Shown piece after piece: positions 1 to 15,412 of a stretch of DNA of 64,000 nt. The translations under genes were made by a program, and so were the position numbers. Position 1 is the first letter of the stretch. The number at the start of each line of letters is the position of its first letter. The stretch is from Polyangiales bacterium (lineage in GTDB: Bacteria > Myxococcota_A > Polyangia > Polyangiales > JADJQN01), in contig CAXNJO010000010.1 of NCBI GenBank assembly GCA_964202905.1, forward strand, positions 94,662-158,661. The letters are read 5' to 3'. Below the pieces are notes generated by a model. The model was not told the origin of the DNA and ran no database searches. It saw only the letters and a list, made by a program, of their open reading frames with translations.

Positions 1-1
1 G

Positions 2-313
2 CGGGCCGGGGTCGCCGCGCGCGTCGTGCTCGCGGGCGACGCGCTCGCGCTCGGTGTGGGCGCGGGCTACCGCCTCACCTTCGGCACGGGCGACCTCGCC
101 GCGGCGTTCGGGACGGACGGGACCGCGTGGGGCCTCGACGTCCGCGGCGAGCTCTCCGGCGCGCTCGGATTCGGCCTCTCGTACGCGGCGCGCGTCGGCT
201 ACGAGCGGTACGCGCTCGCCTTCGAGGGGGGCCCGGGGACACTCGCCGAGGGCCGCTCGGGCAGCGACGCGGCGCTGCACCTGCAACTGCTCGTCGGCTG
301 GCAGATCCCGTGA
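2..313 (+). CDS. 3' end of a probable outer-membrane beta-barrel protein (truncated by window start)
   Basis: Alternating hydrophobic beta-strand pattern (LGVGAGYRLTF, WGLDVRGEL, LSYAARVGYERY, LHLQLLVGWQ); frame open to the window edge. Confidence 0.5.
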   Translation, partial: RAGVAARVVLAGDALALGVGAGYRLTFGTGDLAAAFGTDGTAWGLDVRGELSGALGFGLSYAARVGYERYALAFEGGPGTLAEGRSGSDAALHLQLLVGWQIP

Positions 314-546
314 CGGGCGCGCGACCCGCGGCGTGGCATCGCGACGGGGCCTGCACACCCCCGCCCACCGGGGTCGATGCGTCCCCATCCCCGCGCCGCG
401 CGCGCGGCGGCCGCGGCCCGGACCGCCTGCGCACGCGCCAAGTATCATCAATGAATTCAGTCTCTTACACGCACATCGCCCGTGCCCTCGGCCCTGGCCG
501 CGCGCCCCTTCTCGGCATGGTGCGCCCCTTGCTCCCGCCCGCGCGC

Positions 547-1649
547 ATGAGCCTGCGCGCCCTCGGAGTCGCCGCCTCCCTCACCGCGCTCCTGGTCGCG
601 CTGCTCGGCGGCTGCGCGCAGCCGGCGGGCGACGTCGGCTGCAGCGAGATCGACGCGCGCGAGGTCCCCGCAGCGCCGCCCGCGCTCACGCCCACGGGCC
701 ACGAGGGCGACGACGTCGGCGCGGCGCGGAGCGCGCTGTCGCTCTCGTCGCTCGCCGGGAGCGGCGGCTGCAGCACGGCGGGCGCCGAGGCCCTCAGTCG
801 GCAGTTGATCGCCGAGATGCTCTGCCTCTCGGAGGGGCGCCTCGTCCGCTTCGAGCACCGCAACGTGACGCTCACCTCGAGCCGCGTGCACCCCTACCTC
901 TCGCCGGCCGGCCGCGACGCGCTGTACCGGGCCGCCGCGACGGGCGAGATCCGCATCAACTCGGCGCTCCGCACGCTCTCCGACCAGTATCTGCTCTACG
1001 CGGGGTGCAGCGTCGCCGCGACGCCGGGCCGCTCGAACCACGAGACGGGCCGCGCGATCGACGTCGACAACTGGTCGGCGCGCCTCCGGGCGCTCACCGG
1101 CGCGGGCTTCACGCACCCGCTCCCCGACAGCGACGCGGTCCACTTCGAGGGGTCCGGGGCCGACCTCCGCTCGCTCAGCGTGCTCTCCTTCCAGCGCCTC
1201 TGGAACGCGAACCACCCGGGGGACCGAATCGACGCCGACGGCGTCATCGGCCCCCAGACGCTCGCGCGCCTCGGGCGTGCGCCCGCCGAGGGCTTCGCCG
1301 TCGGCCGTGTGTGCCGCCCCGCGACGCCGCCCGCCGCCGATGCCGGCACCCCGGCGGACGCAGGCGTCCCCGAGGCCGACGCAGGCGCGCCCCCCGCGAA
1401 CGACGCCGGAGGCAGCGCCGGCGACGCGGGCGACGCCCCGACGCCGGCACCGCCCCGACGCCGGCACCGCCGCGGACGCCGCGCCCCACGGACCGGCGTC
1501 CGCTCGCCGCGGACGTCAGCGGGTGCGCGTGCAGCGGCGCGGGCCCCGGCCCCCGCGACCGCGGCGCGCGGCTCGCCGCCCTGCCGCTCGCGCTCGTGGC
1601 GCTCGGCGTCTTCCGCGCACGTCGACGCGCGGCGCGCCGCAGCGCCTGA
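547..1649 (+). CDS. M15-family D-Ala-D-Ala Zn peptidase lipoprotein with peptidoglycan-binding domain and MYXO-CTERM; apparent frameshift near 1440-1500
   Basis: Lipobox LLGGC; SALRT..Q, PGRSNHETGRAID (SxHxxGxAxD) and DAVHFE motifs; FQRLWN...DGVIGPQTLARL PG-binding motif; GCAC + TM + RRR tail lies in another frame ending at 1649. Confidence 0.75.
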
Positions 1650-1702
1650 CCGGCGCCGTCGCGCCTCCCCGGTGCCCTCGCCGCGAGCGGGGGGTGCCGC
1701 CG

Positions 1703-2086
1703 TCACTCTTCGGGCGGGCGGGGGAGCCGCGCAGGGCCGCTCGGCTGCGCCATCGTGCAGCGGCCCTCGAAGAGCGCCCCCTTGTCGATGAGCAGCTGCG
1801 GCGCCGCGAGATCGCCGTAGACGCGCGAGGGGGCGTGCACCTCGATGAGCTGCGCGGCGCGGACGTTCCCGCGGAGCGTGCCGCCCCGCACGATGAGCGT
1901 ACCGACCTCGATCTCGGCCTCGATGTCCGCGCCCTCGCCGAGGATGAGCACGTCGTCGCCGACGATCTCGCCGCGCACACGCCCCTCGAGCCGCACGCGG
2001 CCGACGAAGGTGAGCTTCCCTTCGAACTCCGTCCCGCGCCCGAGCAGCGCGTTGATCTCGCCGAAGCCGCTGAGGTCGGTGGTCAC
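1703..2086 (-). CDS. Bactofilin (polymer-forming cytoskeletal protein)
   Basis: LLGRGTEFEGKL..GRVRLEG..GEI...LILGEGA...VYGDL...LLIDKGALFEGRCTM. Confidence 0.92.
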   Translation of the reverse strand: MTTDLSGFGEINALLGRGTEFEGKLTFVGRVRLEGRVRGEIVGDDVLILGEGADIEAEIEVGTLIVRGGTLRGNVRAAQLIEVHAPSRVYGDLAAPQLLIDKGALFEGRCTMAQPSGPARLPRPPEE

Positions 2087-2186
2087 GGGGGCGGCGCGAT
2101 TCTGCGGTGCGCCCCGGGGCGACGCAACGCGCGCGCGGCGGGCGTGCGCCCGGACGTGCCCGGGCCCCGACGCGACGCGGGCCGTC

Positions 2187-3518
2187 TCACACGTCCTCGA
2201 TGCGGATCATGCGCGTGCGGGCGACGACGTGCTGGAGCAACGCGATCTCGCCGAGCGCCGCCTGCACGTCGCGCTCGCGCGCTGCGTGCGTGAGGATGAC
2301 GAGGCGCACGGGCTCCTGCGCCGACGGGGAGCGCGCCTCCTGCACCATCTGCTCGATGGAGACGTCGAACGCGCCGAGCACGCCCGCGATGCGCGCGAGG
2401 GTGCCCGGGCGATCGAGCACCGCGAAGCGCAGGTAGTAGCGGCCCGTGTGCTCGCCCATGTCGCGGATGGGCCGCGCGACGAGGTGCTCGCCGCGGAAGG
2501 CGCGCGACGGCACGCGGCCACGCGCGCCGGCGAAGATGTTGCGGCCGACGTCGACGAGGTCGCTCACGACGCTGACGGCCGTCGGCATCGAGCCCGCGCC
2601 GAGCCCGGAGAGCAGGCACGGACCAAGCGCCTCGCCCTGCACGTACACGGCGTTGAGCGCGCCCGACACGCTCGCGAGCACGCTGCGCTCGCTGACGAGC
2701 GCGGGGTGCACGCGCACGTCGAGGGGGGCATCGGAGCCGGCCGCCGCGTCGAGCGTGCGCGCGATGGCGAGGAGCTTGATGACGTAGCCGAAGCGCCGCG
2801 CGAACGCGATGTCGACGGCCTCGATGCCGGAGATGCCCTCGGTGGGGATCTGCGCGGGCGCGATGCGCGCGCCGTACGCGAGGGTCGTGAGGATCGTGAG
2901 TTTGTGCGCAGCGTCGCCGCCCTCGACGTCGAGGGTGGGATCGGCCTCCGCGTAGCCGGCCGCCTGTGCCGCCGAGAGCGCCTCGGCGAAGCCGAGGTTC
3001 TCGTCGTGCATGCGCGAGAGGATGTAGTTGCTCGTGCCGTTGACGATGCCGCGCAGGCCGAGGATGCGATCGGACGCGAGCGCCTCGCGGAGCACGCGGA
3101 TGATGGGGATGCCGCCCGCGACCGCGGCCTCGAAGTAGAGGTCGACGCCGCGCGCCTCGGCGAGCTCGATGAGCGCATGGCCCTGCTCGGCGAGCAGCAT
3201 CTTGTTCGCGGTGACGACGTTCTTCCCGCGCTCGAGCGCCTCGCGGACGTAGCGCCCCGCCGGGTCGAGGCCGCCGACGACCTCGACGACGACGTCCACG
3301 CTGGGATCGTCGAGCACCTCCTGCGGATCGAAGGTGAGCAGCTCGCGCGGCACGACGGGATCGCGCTCGCGCCCCGGGTCGCGCGCGGCGATGCGCCGGA
3401 CGACGAGACGGCCCCCGAGGCGCGCCTCGATGCTGCGCGCGTTGTCCCGGATGAGCCGGAGGGCGCCCTGCCCGACGACCCCACAGCCGATCATCCCGAT
3501 GCCGATCTCGCGTGCCAC
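2187..3518 (-). CDS. hom: Homoserine dehydrogenase with C-terminal ACT domain
   Basis: GCGVVG, VVTANK, FEAAVAGGIP, GIVNGTSNYIL, GYAEADPTLDVEGGDAAHKL, ACT motif DRPGTLARIAG. Confidence 0.96.
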   Translation of the reverse strand: MAREIGIGMIGCGVVGQGALRLIRDNARSIEARLGGRLVVRRIAARDPGRERDPVVPRELLTFDPQEVLDDPSVDVVVEVVGGLDPAGRYVREALERGKNVVTANKMLLAEQGHALIELAEARGVDLYFEAAVAGGIPIIRVLREALASDRILGLRGIVNGTSNYILSRMHDENLGFAEALSAAQAAGYAEADPTLDVEGGDAAHKLTILTTLAYGARIAPAQIPTEGISGIEAVDIAFARRFGYVIKLLAIARTLDAAAGSDAPLDVRVHPALVSERSVLASVSGALNAVYVQGEALGPCLLSGLGAGSMPTAVSVVSDLVDVGRNIFAGARGRVPSRAFRGEHLVARPIRDMGEHTGRYYLRFAVLDRPGTLARIAGVLGAFDVSIEQMVQEARSPSAQEPVRLVILTHAARERDVQAALGEIALLQHVVARTRMIRIEDV

Positions 3519-3611
3519 GTGAGCGCCTCCGCCGAAGGGGCCGCGAGGCTAGCACGCCGCCGTGCACGCCCCGCTTCCCGCGCGGCGAGGGGCGGGGCCG
3601 CGACGACGCGC

Positions 3612-3857
3612 TCAGGCCGGCGCGAGGCAGCGCACCGCGAGGTAGAGCGCGACCGCGACGACCCACGCGAGGGCCGCGCCGCGGAGCCCCGCCCGCCACG
3701 CGGCGATCGGCGTCAGCGGCGGCAGCAGCGCGAGCAGCCGCCACGCGCGCGTGGTCGACGACGCGCGGGCGACGCGGCGCCACACCGCGAGGTGCACGAC
3801 GAGCGCAGCGGCCCCGAGGAGCACCGCGGCGAGGAGCGCGTGGAGGCTCGGCGGCAC
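3612..3857 (-). CDS. Small membrane protein
   Basis: Three hydrophobic segments, GC3-rich codons, fills the intergenic gap; start uncertain. Confidence 0.55.
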   Translation of the reverse strand: MPPSLHALLAAVLLGAAALVVHLAVWRRVARASSTTRAWRLLALLPPLTPIAAWRAGLRGAALAWVVAVALYLAVRCLAPA

Positions 3858-3973
3858 GTCGCCGTCGTAGCACGGCCGACGACGCCGCCGGGGCCGCGCG
3901 TGCCCGGGGACGAAGTCCATGAAGCGTGGCCGTGCACGCGTCGGGCGCGGCCCGTGATACCGTCCCCGCCGCG

Positions 3974-4864
3974 ATGCTCCGCGCGATTCACCCGGTCCTC
4001 CTCGCCCTCACCGTCCTGCTCGCGGCGGCCGCCACGGCCAGTGGCGTCCCCGCATCGGCCGCTGCGCAGGCGCGCGCCGGCAACCCGCTCATCCGCCAGG
4101 GACAGCAGCAGTACGACGAGCTCGAGTTCGAGCAGGCGTTGCAGACGCTCTCGGCGGCGCTGATCCGCGCGGGCAACTCCCCCGAGGAGAACACCACCAT
4201 CTACCGGCTGCTCGCCTTCACCTACCTCGCGCTCGGGCGCGAGGAGGAGGCGACGGGCGCGTACCGCAGCCTGCTCGCGATCCAGCCCGACTCCACGCCG
4301 AGCAGCGACCTCGCGCCGCAGACGCGCGCCTTCCTCGAGCGCGTCAAAGAGGCCTGGGAGACCGACGGGCGCCCCGGCTTCCAGGCGCGCCCGCCTGCGC
4401 CCGTGACCATCCGGCACCGCTCGCCCGCGCAGGCCGAGCGCGGCAACGCCGTGTCCCTCGAAGCGTCGGTCGACGATCCCGACGGCCGCGTGCGCGCGCT
4501 CGCCGTCGCCTACCACCAGGGCGCCTCGGAGGCCGGAGACCGCGCGGTCTTCCAGCGCATCGACGCGGCGCGCGAGGGCGACACCTTCCGCGCGACGCTC
4601 CCCGCGGCCGCGATCGCGCCGCCGCTCGTCGAGTACTACCTCGAGGCGCTCGACGCGAACGGCCTGCCCGTCGCGGGCCGCGGCGACGTCGCCGCGCCGC
4701 TGCGCATCGCGGTCCCCGCGCCGGGCCGCAGCATCCTCGCGAGCCCGTGGTTCTGGGTGATCACGGGCGCGCTGGTCGCGGGCGCGGTCGTGACCACGGT
4801 GCTCCTCGTCGGCGGCGAGAGCGCACAGCCGCAGCCCGGCACCTTCGTCATCGACATCAACTGA
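3974..4864 (+). CDS. Secreted TPR protein with C-terminal TM helix
   Basis: Signal peptide; TPR-like helices (YDELEFEQALQTL, IYRLLAFTYLALG..EEA); SPWFWV TM segment. Confidence 0.75.
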   Translation: MLRAIHPVLLALTVLLAAAATASGVPASAAAQARAGNPLIRQGQQQYDELEFEQALQTLSAALIRAGNSPEENTTIYRLLAFTYLALGREEEATGAYRSLLAIQPDSTPSSDLAPQTRAFLERVKEAWETDGRPGFQARPPAPVTIRHRSPAQAERGNAVSLEASVDDPDGRVRALAVAYHQGASEAGDRAVFQRIDAAREGDTFRATLPAAAIAPPLVEYYLEALDANGLPVAGRGDVAAPLRIAVPAPGRSILASPWFWVITGALVAGAVVTTVLLVGGESAQPQPGTFVIDIN

Positions 4865-4903
4865 GCGCGCGCGGCCGCCTTCCTCCGCGCAACGGACACG
4901 CCG

Positions 4904-5800
4904 ATGAACCCCACGCCCGAAGCCCCCGCCGGCGCGCCCGAGCCGCGCTACCCGTATGTCCACGTCGAGGCGCCGCTCGACGCCGCGGAGGAGCTCTCTG
5001 CGCTGCTCTTCGAGCTCGGCGCGCAGGGCGTCGAGGAGCGCGACGCCTCGACGCTCGACAAGCCGGCCGGCGCGGGCGCGCTGCTCGTCGCGAGCTTCGC
5101 GACCGAGGACGACGCGCAGGAGGCCCTCGCCGTGCTCGCGGACCTCGACCCGCCGCGCCCGGGGCGCCTCGAGTTCGTGATCGGTGACGCGTGGCGCGAC
5201 GCATGGCGCGCGCATTTCAAGCCGACGCGCGTCGGCAAGCGGCTCGTCGTGCGGCCCTCGTGGGAGCCCTTCGAGGCCGCCGACGACGACGTCGTGCTCA
5301 CGATCGACCCGGGCCGCGCCTTCGGCACCGGGACGCACGAGACGACGCGGCTCGTGCTCACCGAGATCGACGCGCGCGTGCGCGGCGGCGAGTCCGTGCT
5401 CGACGTCGGGGCGGGCACCGGCATCCTCGCGGTCGCCGCGCTGCTCTTCGGCGCCGACCGCGCGCGCTGCATCGACAACGACGCGGACACCGTGGGCGTC
5501 GTCGTCGAGACCGCCGAGCGCAACGGCGTGGCCGCGCGCGTCGCGGCGGACACCGCGCCGGTCGAGTCGCTCGACGCGACCTACGACCTCGTCCTCGCGA
5601 ACATCGAGGCGCGCGTGCTCATCCCGCTCGCGGACGCGATCGCCGCGCGCGTCGCCCCGGGCGGCACGCTCGTGCTCTCGGGCATCCTCGTCGGGCAGGA
5701 GGACGACGTCCTCGCGTCCTACGGCGGCCTGCGCTGCGAGGCGCGCCCGACCCTCGGCGAGTGGGCGGCGCTCGTGCTGCGCGCGCCCGGCGGCGCGTAG
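4904..5800 (+). CDS. prmA: Ribosomal protein L11 methyltransferase
   Basis: WRAHFKP, VRPSWE, IDPGRAFGTGTHETT, VLDVGAGTGILA, LANI, LSGIL. Confidence 0.95.
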   Translation: MNPTPEAPAGAPEPRYPYVHVEAPLDAAEELSALLFELGAQGVEERDASTLDKPAGAGALLVASFATEDDAQEALAVLADLDPPRPGRLEFVIGDAWRDAWRAHFKPTRVGKRLVVRPSWEPFEAADDDVVLTIDPGRAFGTGTHETTRLVLTEIDARVRGGESVLDVGAGTGILAVAALLFGADRARCIDNDADTVGVVVETAERNGVAARVAADTAPVESLDATYDLVLANIEARVLIPLADAIAARVAPGGTLVLSGILVGQEDDVLASYGGLRCEARPTLGEWAALVLRAPGGA

Positions 5801-5809
5801 GTCCTGGGC

Positions 5810-6550
5810 GTGGCGGCGCAGCGTCGGCTCTTCGCGCCCGAGCTGCCCGCCGCGGGCGGCCCGTGCGACCTCGGCGAGGAGGCCGCGCACCACGCGCGGG
5901 TGCTGCGGCTCGCGCCTGGCGACGCCGTCGTGCTCTTCGACGGGCGCGGCGGCGAGTGCGACGCGCGCCTCGTCGCGCTCGACGCCCGCGGCCTGCGCTG
6001 CGAGGCTGCGCCGCGCCGGGAATTGGACGCGATGACGCGGCGCGTCACGCTCGTGCAGTGCCTGCCGAAGGGCGAGAAACTCGAGGCGATCGTGCGGATG
6101 GCGACGGAGCTCGGTGTCGCGGCCATCGCGCTCGCGCACGGCGCGCGCAGCGTGGCGCGGCCGGACACGAAGCGCGCGGAGGCGCAGCGCGAGCGGCTCG
6201 AGCGCATCGCGCGCGAGGCGGCGCGGCAGTCGGAGCAGGCGACGCTGCCGGTCCTCGCCGCGCCCGTCGTGCTGCGCGAGGCGGCCGCGAGGGCGCCCGC
6301 GTCGGCGCTGCGGATCGCGCTCGTGCCGGGGGCGTCGCGGGGCCTCGCGGAGCTGCTCGCGGAGGCGCCGGACGACGCCGAGGTGTGGCTCGTCGTCGGT
6401 CCGGAGGGCGGCCTCGATCCGGCCGAGCTGCACGCGCTCGAGGCGCTCGGCTACGCGCCCGCGTCGCTCGGCGCGAGCACCCTGCGCGTCGAGACCGCGG
6501 CCCCGGTCGCGGTCGCGCTCGCGCGCATGGTGAATCCGTTGACACCGTGA
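5810..6550 (+). CDS. rsmE: 16S rRNA m3U1498 methyltransferase
   Basis: HHARVLRL, KGEKLE..ATELGV, EAARQS, VGPEGG, LG..TLRVETA; follows prmA. Confidence 0.93.
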   Translation: MAAQRRLFAPELPAAGGPCDLGEEAAHHARVLRLAPGDAVVLFDGRGGECDARLVALDARGLRCEAAPRRELDAMTRRVTLVQCLPKGEKLEAIVRMATELGVAAIALAHGARSVARPDTKRAEAQRERLERIAREAARQSEQATLPVLAAPVVLREAAARAPASALRIALVPGASRGLAELLAEAPDDAEVWLVVGPEGGLDPAELHALEALGYAPASLGASTLRVETAAPVAVALARMVNPLTP

Positions 6551-6595
6551 CGTCGAGGGGCGAAGGTATCGGCTCCCGAGGGGTCCCCTTCCCGC

Positions 6596-9500
6596 ATGTC
6601 CGCGCTCACCTCGCTGCTCGCCCGCGACCAGGTCGTTCCGGTCCGAAAAATCGAGGAGGCGCTGCAACGGCAGGTCGTCTCCGGCGGCAGCGTCGAGACG
6701 GTGCTCCTCGAGATGGCCGTCGTCGCCGAGAACGTGCTCGCCGCCTACGCGGGGGCCGCGCTCGGGTTGCCGGCGGCGACGCGCGACGAGGTCATGGGCG
6801 CGTCGCGCGACGTCGTGCGGCTCGTGCCCCGCGAGGTCGCCGAGCAGCATCGGATCGTGCCGATCGCGGCCGAGGGTCGCCTGCTGCGGCTCGCCGTCGT
6901 GGCGCCGCTCGCGCGGGACGTCGCGCAGCAGCTCAGCTTCCTGCTCGGCTACGACCTCGTGCCGCAGCTCGTCCTCGAGGTGCGCCTGCTCGCGGCCCTC
7001 GCGCACCACTACGGCTACGAGCCGCTGCCGCGGCTCGCGCGCCTCGCCGACAAGCTGCGCGAGCGCGACGCTGGCGACGCGCCCTACGTCGCGCCCCTCG
7101 CGAACCGCAGCGTCGAGCAGTACTCGGTGGCCGAGCGGCGGCGCGTCGGGTTCGCGGCCTTCGACGACGACGACGAGGACGACGGCGGCGCGTCGTCGGT
7201 GCCGCCGTCGCTCGTGCGCAGCGCACCGGCGTGGACGTCGGCGGCTACGCGCTCCGGGCCGCCGCGCGAGGGCCCGTCGCCTCCGAGCCAGCCGCAAGAC
7301 CCGACGCGCTCCGGGCCGCCGTCCGCCGCGGCACCCGGGGACGACCCGGGCAGCGTCGGCGAGCGCATCACGTGGCCCGGCGGGGGCGCGATCGGGCTTG
7401 CCCCCGAGGGCCGCGCGACGCACCCCGGACCGGCGTGGCTCGCGCCCGCCGCCTTCGACGACGTGCACGCCCGGGTCACCTCCCCCGGTGAGCCCGACGA
7501 CGCGCGCCCGACTCCCCGCGACCCTGCCGTGCGCCACGCGGCGGTCAGCGACGCCGGCGACAGCGACGCCGAGCGCCCCACCCTGCCGGGCGCCGACGCG
7601 GTGGCCTCGCTCCCGCGGCGGACGCTCACGGGCTTCACGCGCGTCGACGAGGTCAGCGCGTTCGGTGCCGCCCACGCGCCGCGCAGCGCCGGGCTTGCGA
7701 CGACGCCACCCCCGGACGACGGCCCCGGCCGCGCCGCGCTCGCCCCCCCGGCCCCCGCGATGGCGGCTCCCGAGCCGGTCGAGACGATGCCGTCGCTCTC
7801 GGCGCCGCCGCCTCCCCCCGCCGGACTGGAATGCCGCAGTCACGCGGAACGTCCCGGGCGCTGCGCGGGTCCCCGGCCCTGCGCTGGTCCCCGGCCCTGC
7901 GCGGGTCCCAGGCACCACGCTCGCCCCAGGCGCTGCGCTCGTCCCGGGCGGTGCGCAAGGCCCCGACGCCACGCCTGCCCCAGGGGCCACGCGCCCGCCG
8001 ACGCCGGACGCCGGCGCCTGGCGCGCGATGTCGTCCCGCCCGCCGGGGGACTCCGGCCAGCGCGCGGGTGCTGGCGTGCAGGCGCTCCTGGCGGCGCTCG
8101 GCGCGAGCAGCGCGCCCCCGCCCCCGAGCAGCACCCTCCCCGCGCCGCCGAGCGCGCCGACCGCGTCCGGCGACACGACGGCCGAGCGGGCCTCGTCGCC
8201 TGCGGCCGCGCGCGACGCCTCCCCGAGCCCGTCGAGCGCCCGACCGGCGGGGAATTTCCTCGCACGCCTGCGCGGACCACTGCTGCCGCGCACCATCACC
8301 GAGCTGCTCGGCGAGGCCGCGAACCGCGACGAGATTCTCGCCGCGTTCTTCGCGTTCGCGCGGCAGTTCTTCGACTACACGGCCCTCTTCGTCGTGCAGG
8401 ACGACCTCGCGGAGGGGCGCGAGTCGAGCGGCCCAGGCGCCCCGACGGCCGAGGTCGAGCGCATCGCGCTGGCGCTGGACGTGGCGAACCTCTACGCGGA
8501 CGTACGTCGACTCGGCGTCGGGCGCGTCAGCGACCTCGCGCAGCGCGAGGCGGATCGGGCGCTCGCCGCGCAACTGCGGCGGCCGGCGGACGCGCCCTGC
8601 GCGGTGCTGCCGCTCACGATCCGGCGGCGCGTCGTGCTGATCCTGCACGGCGACCGGAGCGGCGACGCGCTCGCCCTCGAGGATCTTCCCGAGTTGCTCG
8701 GGGTGTTGCCGCGCGTGAGCGAGGCCTTCGAGCGCCTGATCCTGCGCCGGAAGGTGGGGCGCGCCGGTGAGACACAACTCCCCGACGCGGGCGCGGCGCT
8801 CACCGCACCCGCCATCCCGCGCGCGGCACCCGTCCCGCGCGCCGCGGTGCCGACGAGCCCCGCCCCGACGGCGCCTGCGACGCCTGCCCTGACCGCACCG
8901 GCGACGCCCGCCGGGCCGGCCGCCATCCCGCTGGTCGCGGCCCGCTCGGTGCCCGGCGCGGCGGGCGCCCTCGCCATGCTCGGCGTCCCCCGCAGCGCGC
9001 CGCCCCCGCCCATGCCGGGCGGCGCGGCCTCCGGCGCCCCGCGTCCCCCCGTCGCGCGCCCCGACTCGTCCGGCGACGACGTCGTCGTCGAGGTCAGCGC
9101 CGCACCGCCCGACGACGACGACGAAGACGGCGAAGACGACGTCGTCGTCGAGGTCAGCGCCGCACCGCCCGACGACGACGACGAAGACGGCGAAGACGAC
9201 GTCGTCGTCGAGGTCAGCGCCGCGCCACCGGGTGACGATGACAATGACGATGACGATGACGATGACGATGACGCGGACGACGACGCGCGCGTCACCGTCC
9301 CCGGCACCGTCGCCGCGCCGCGCAGCGCGTCGGTGAGCGACGCCGCGACGGCCCGACGTGGCGGCTCCTACAGCGTGCACGACATCGCCGAGGAGGTCGT
9401 GGTCCGGTCAGCGACGCGGAGCCCGAACTCTCTGCCTCCCGCGCGCCGCCGCAGCGAGCCGCCCAGGCCCGCCCCGCGCAGCGAATCGCCCAGGCCTGCT

Positions 9501-10490
9501 GCCGAGGCCGACAGCGGCCGTGCTTCGCCCCCGCCGCTCGCGCGGGACACGCGCCCGGATTCCCCGTTCACGCAGGCCCGGCGCCGCAGCGCGCCGCCCG
9601 GCCGTGAGCCGTCCGTGATCGTCGACATGGGCGACAACGTCGAGGCCCTGCTCGACGAGCTCTCCGCGACCTCGCCCGACGAGGAGACGACGGCGCTCGG
9701 CCGCCTCCTCCGCGTCGGGGATGCGGCCCTCCCGGCGCTCGTGCAGCGCTTTCCCGGGCGGCTCTGGTTCGACCGGCACGCGCCGCACGCGCGCCTCCCG
9801 CGGGGCCGCGACGTCTCGGCCCTCGCGCGGGCGCTCGTCGCGTTCCGCGAGCGGACCGCGCCGTACCTCCCGCCGCTGCTCGACGCGGGCGAACGCGAGG
9901 TGCGCTTCTACGCCACGCTGATCGCGGCCGAGCTGCCCCACCCCGCGCTCCTCGAGGCCCTCGGTCGGCGCGTGTTCGACGAGGACGCCGGGACCCGCCA
10001 GCTCGCGCTCGAGGTGCTGAAGGGCCACGCGCACCTCGCGGAGTACGCCGCGCAGCTCGAGCAGCTCCGCGCCACCGCGCGCATCCTGCACCGCGACCTC
10101 GCCCGCCGCCGCACGGCCATCCGCGCGATCGCGGAGCTGCGCGACGGGCGCGCGGTGCCGATGCTGCTCGGGGTGCTCGACGACGAGGACGAGGGCGTCC
10201 GCGGCGAGGCCCACCGCGCGCTCGTCGCGCTCACGCGCCAGGACTTCGGTGCGCAGCGCAAGCGCTGGGAGCCCTGGGCGGAGAAGCACGCGCGGAGCCA
10301 CCGCATCGAGTGGCTCATCGACGCGCTCCTGCACAACGACGAGACGCTGCGCGCCGCGGCGGGCGACGAGCTGAAGCGGGTCACGCAGGAGTACTACGGC
10401 TACCACCCCGGCTCGCCGCGACGCGAGCGCGAGCGCGTCCACCGCAAGTATCAGCAGTGGTGGGACACCGAAGGCCGCGCGCGGTTCTAG
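6596..10490 (+). CDS. Large GspE-N (T2SSE_N)-domain protein with low-complexity linkers and C-terminal HEAT repeats (FrgA-like); frameshift near 7810-7830
   Basis: N-terminus LLARDQVV..IEEALQRQVVSGGSVETVLLE...VPREVAEQHRIVP in ORF 6596; helical/HEAT C-terminus (AIRAIAELRDGRAVPMLLGVLDD) in ORF 7398; both frames code well on their own side of about 7820. Confidence 0.65.
7850..7950 (+). repeat. Imperfect 18-bp coding tandem repeat (VPGxAx about 5 copies)
   Basis: gtcccgggcgctgcgcgg / gtccccggccctgcgctg / gtccccggccctgcgcgg ... Confidence 0.75.
9075..9273 (+). repeat. 60-bp coding tandem repeat (about 2.5 copies, DDVVVEVSAAPPDDDDEDGE) followed by a (GATGAC)n poly-Asp tract
   Basis: Lines 9061, 9121 and 9181 are near-identical at a 60-nt period. 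Confidence 0.95.
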
Positions 10491-10649
10491 AGGCCGGGAG
10501 CGAGGCCCCCTCGTCCCCGTCGAACACGGCATCGTTTCGCGACGTTGTCGCGGCGGCCATCCCGCCCGCACCGACACCCGCGCTCCTGTCCTCCGCGCGC
10601 CCACGCGTTCCCCGCGCACCCGCGGGACGGGCACGCGTCGGCGCGCGCC

Positions 10650-15399
<4,750 letters not shown>

Positions 15400-15412
15400 C
15401 GAACGAAATCAA

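Noticed and set aside
436-480. AT-rich patch as promoter of the M15 peptidase
   Set aside because: Plausible, but no recognisable -35/-10 or -24/-12 consensus can be assigned
3713-8299. Very long alternative-frame ORFs (e.g. 3713-8299 -, 44389-48342 +, 50152-53658 +, 55746-59426 +)
   Set aside because: Arg/Ala/Gly-rich shadow ORFs expected at this GC content; they overlap well-supported genes
9075-9273. Possible CRISPR array
   Set aside because: Head-to-tail 60-bp units with no unique spacers, in frame within a CDS
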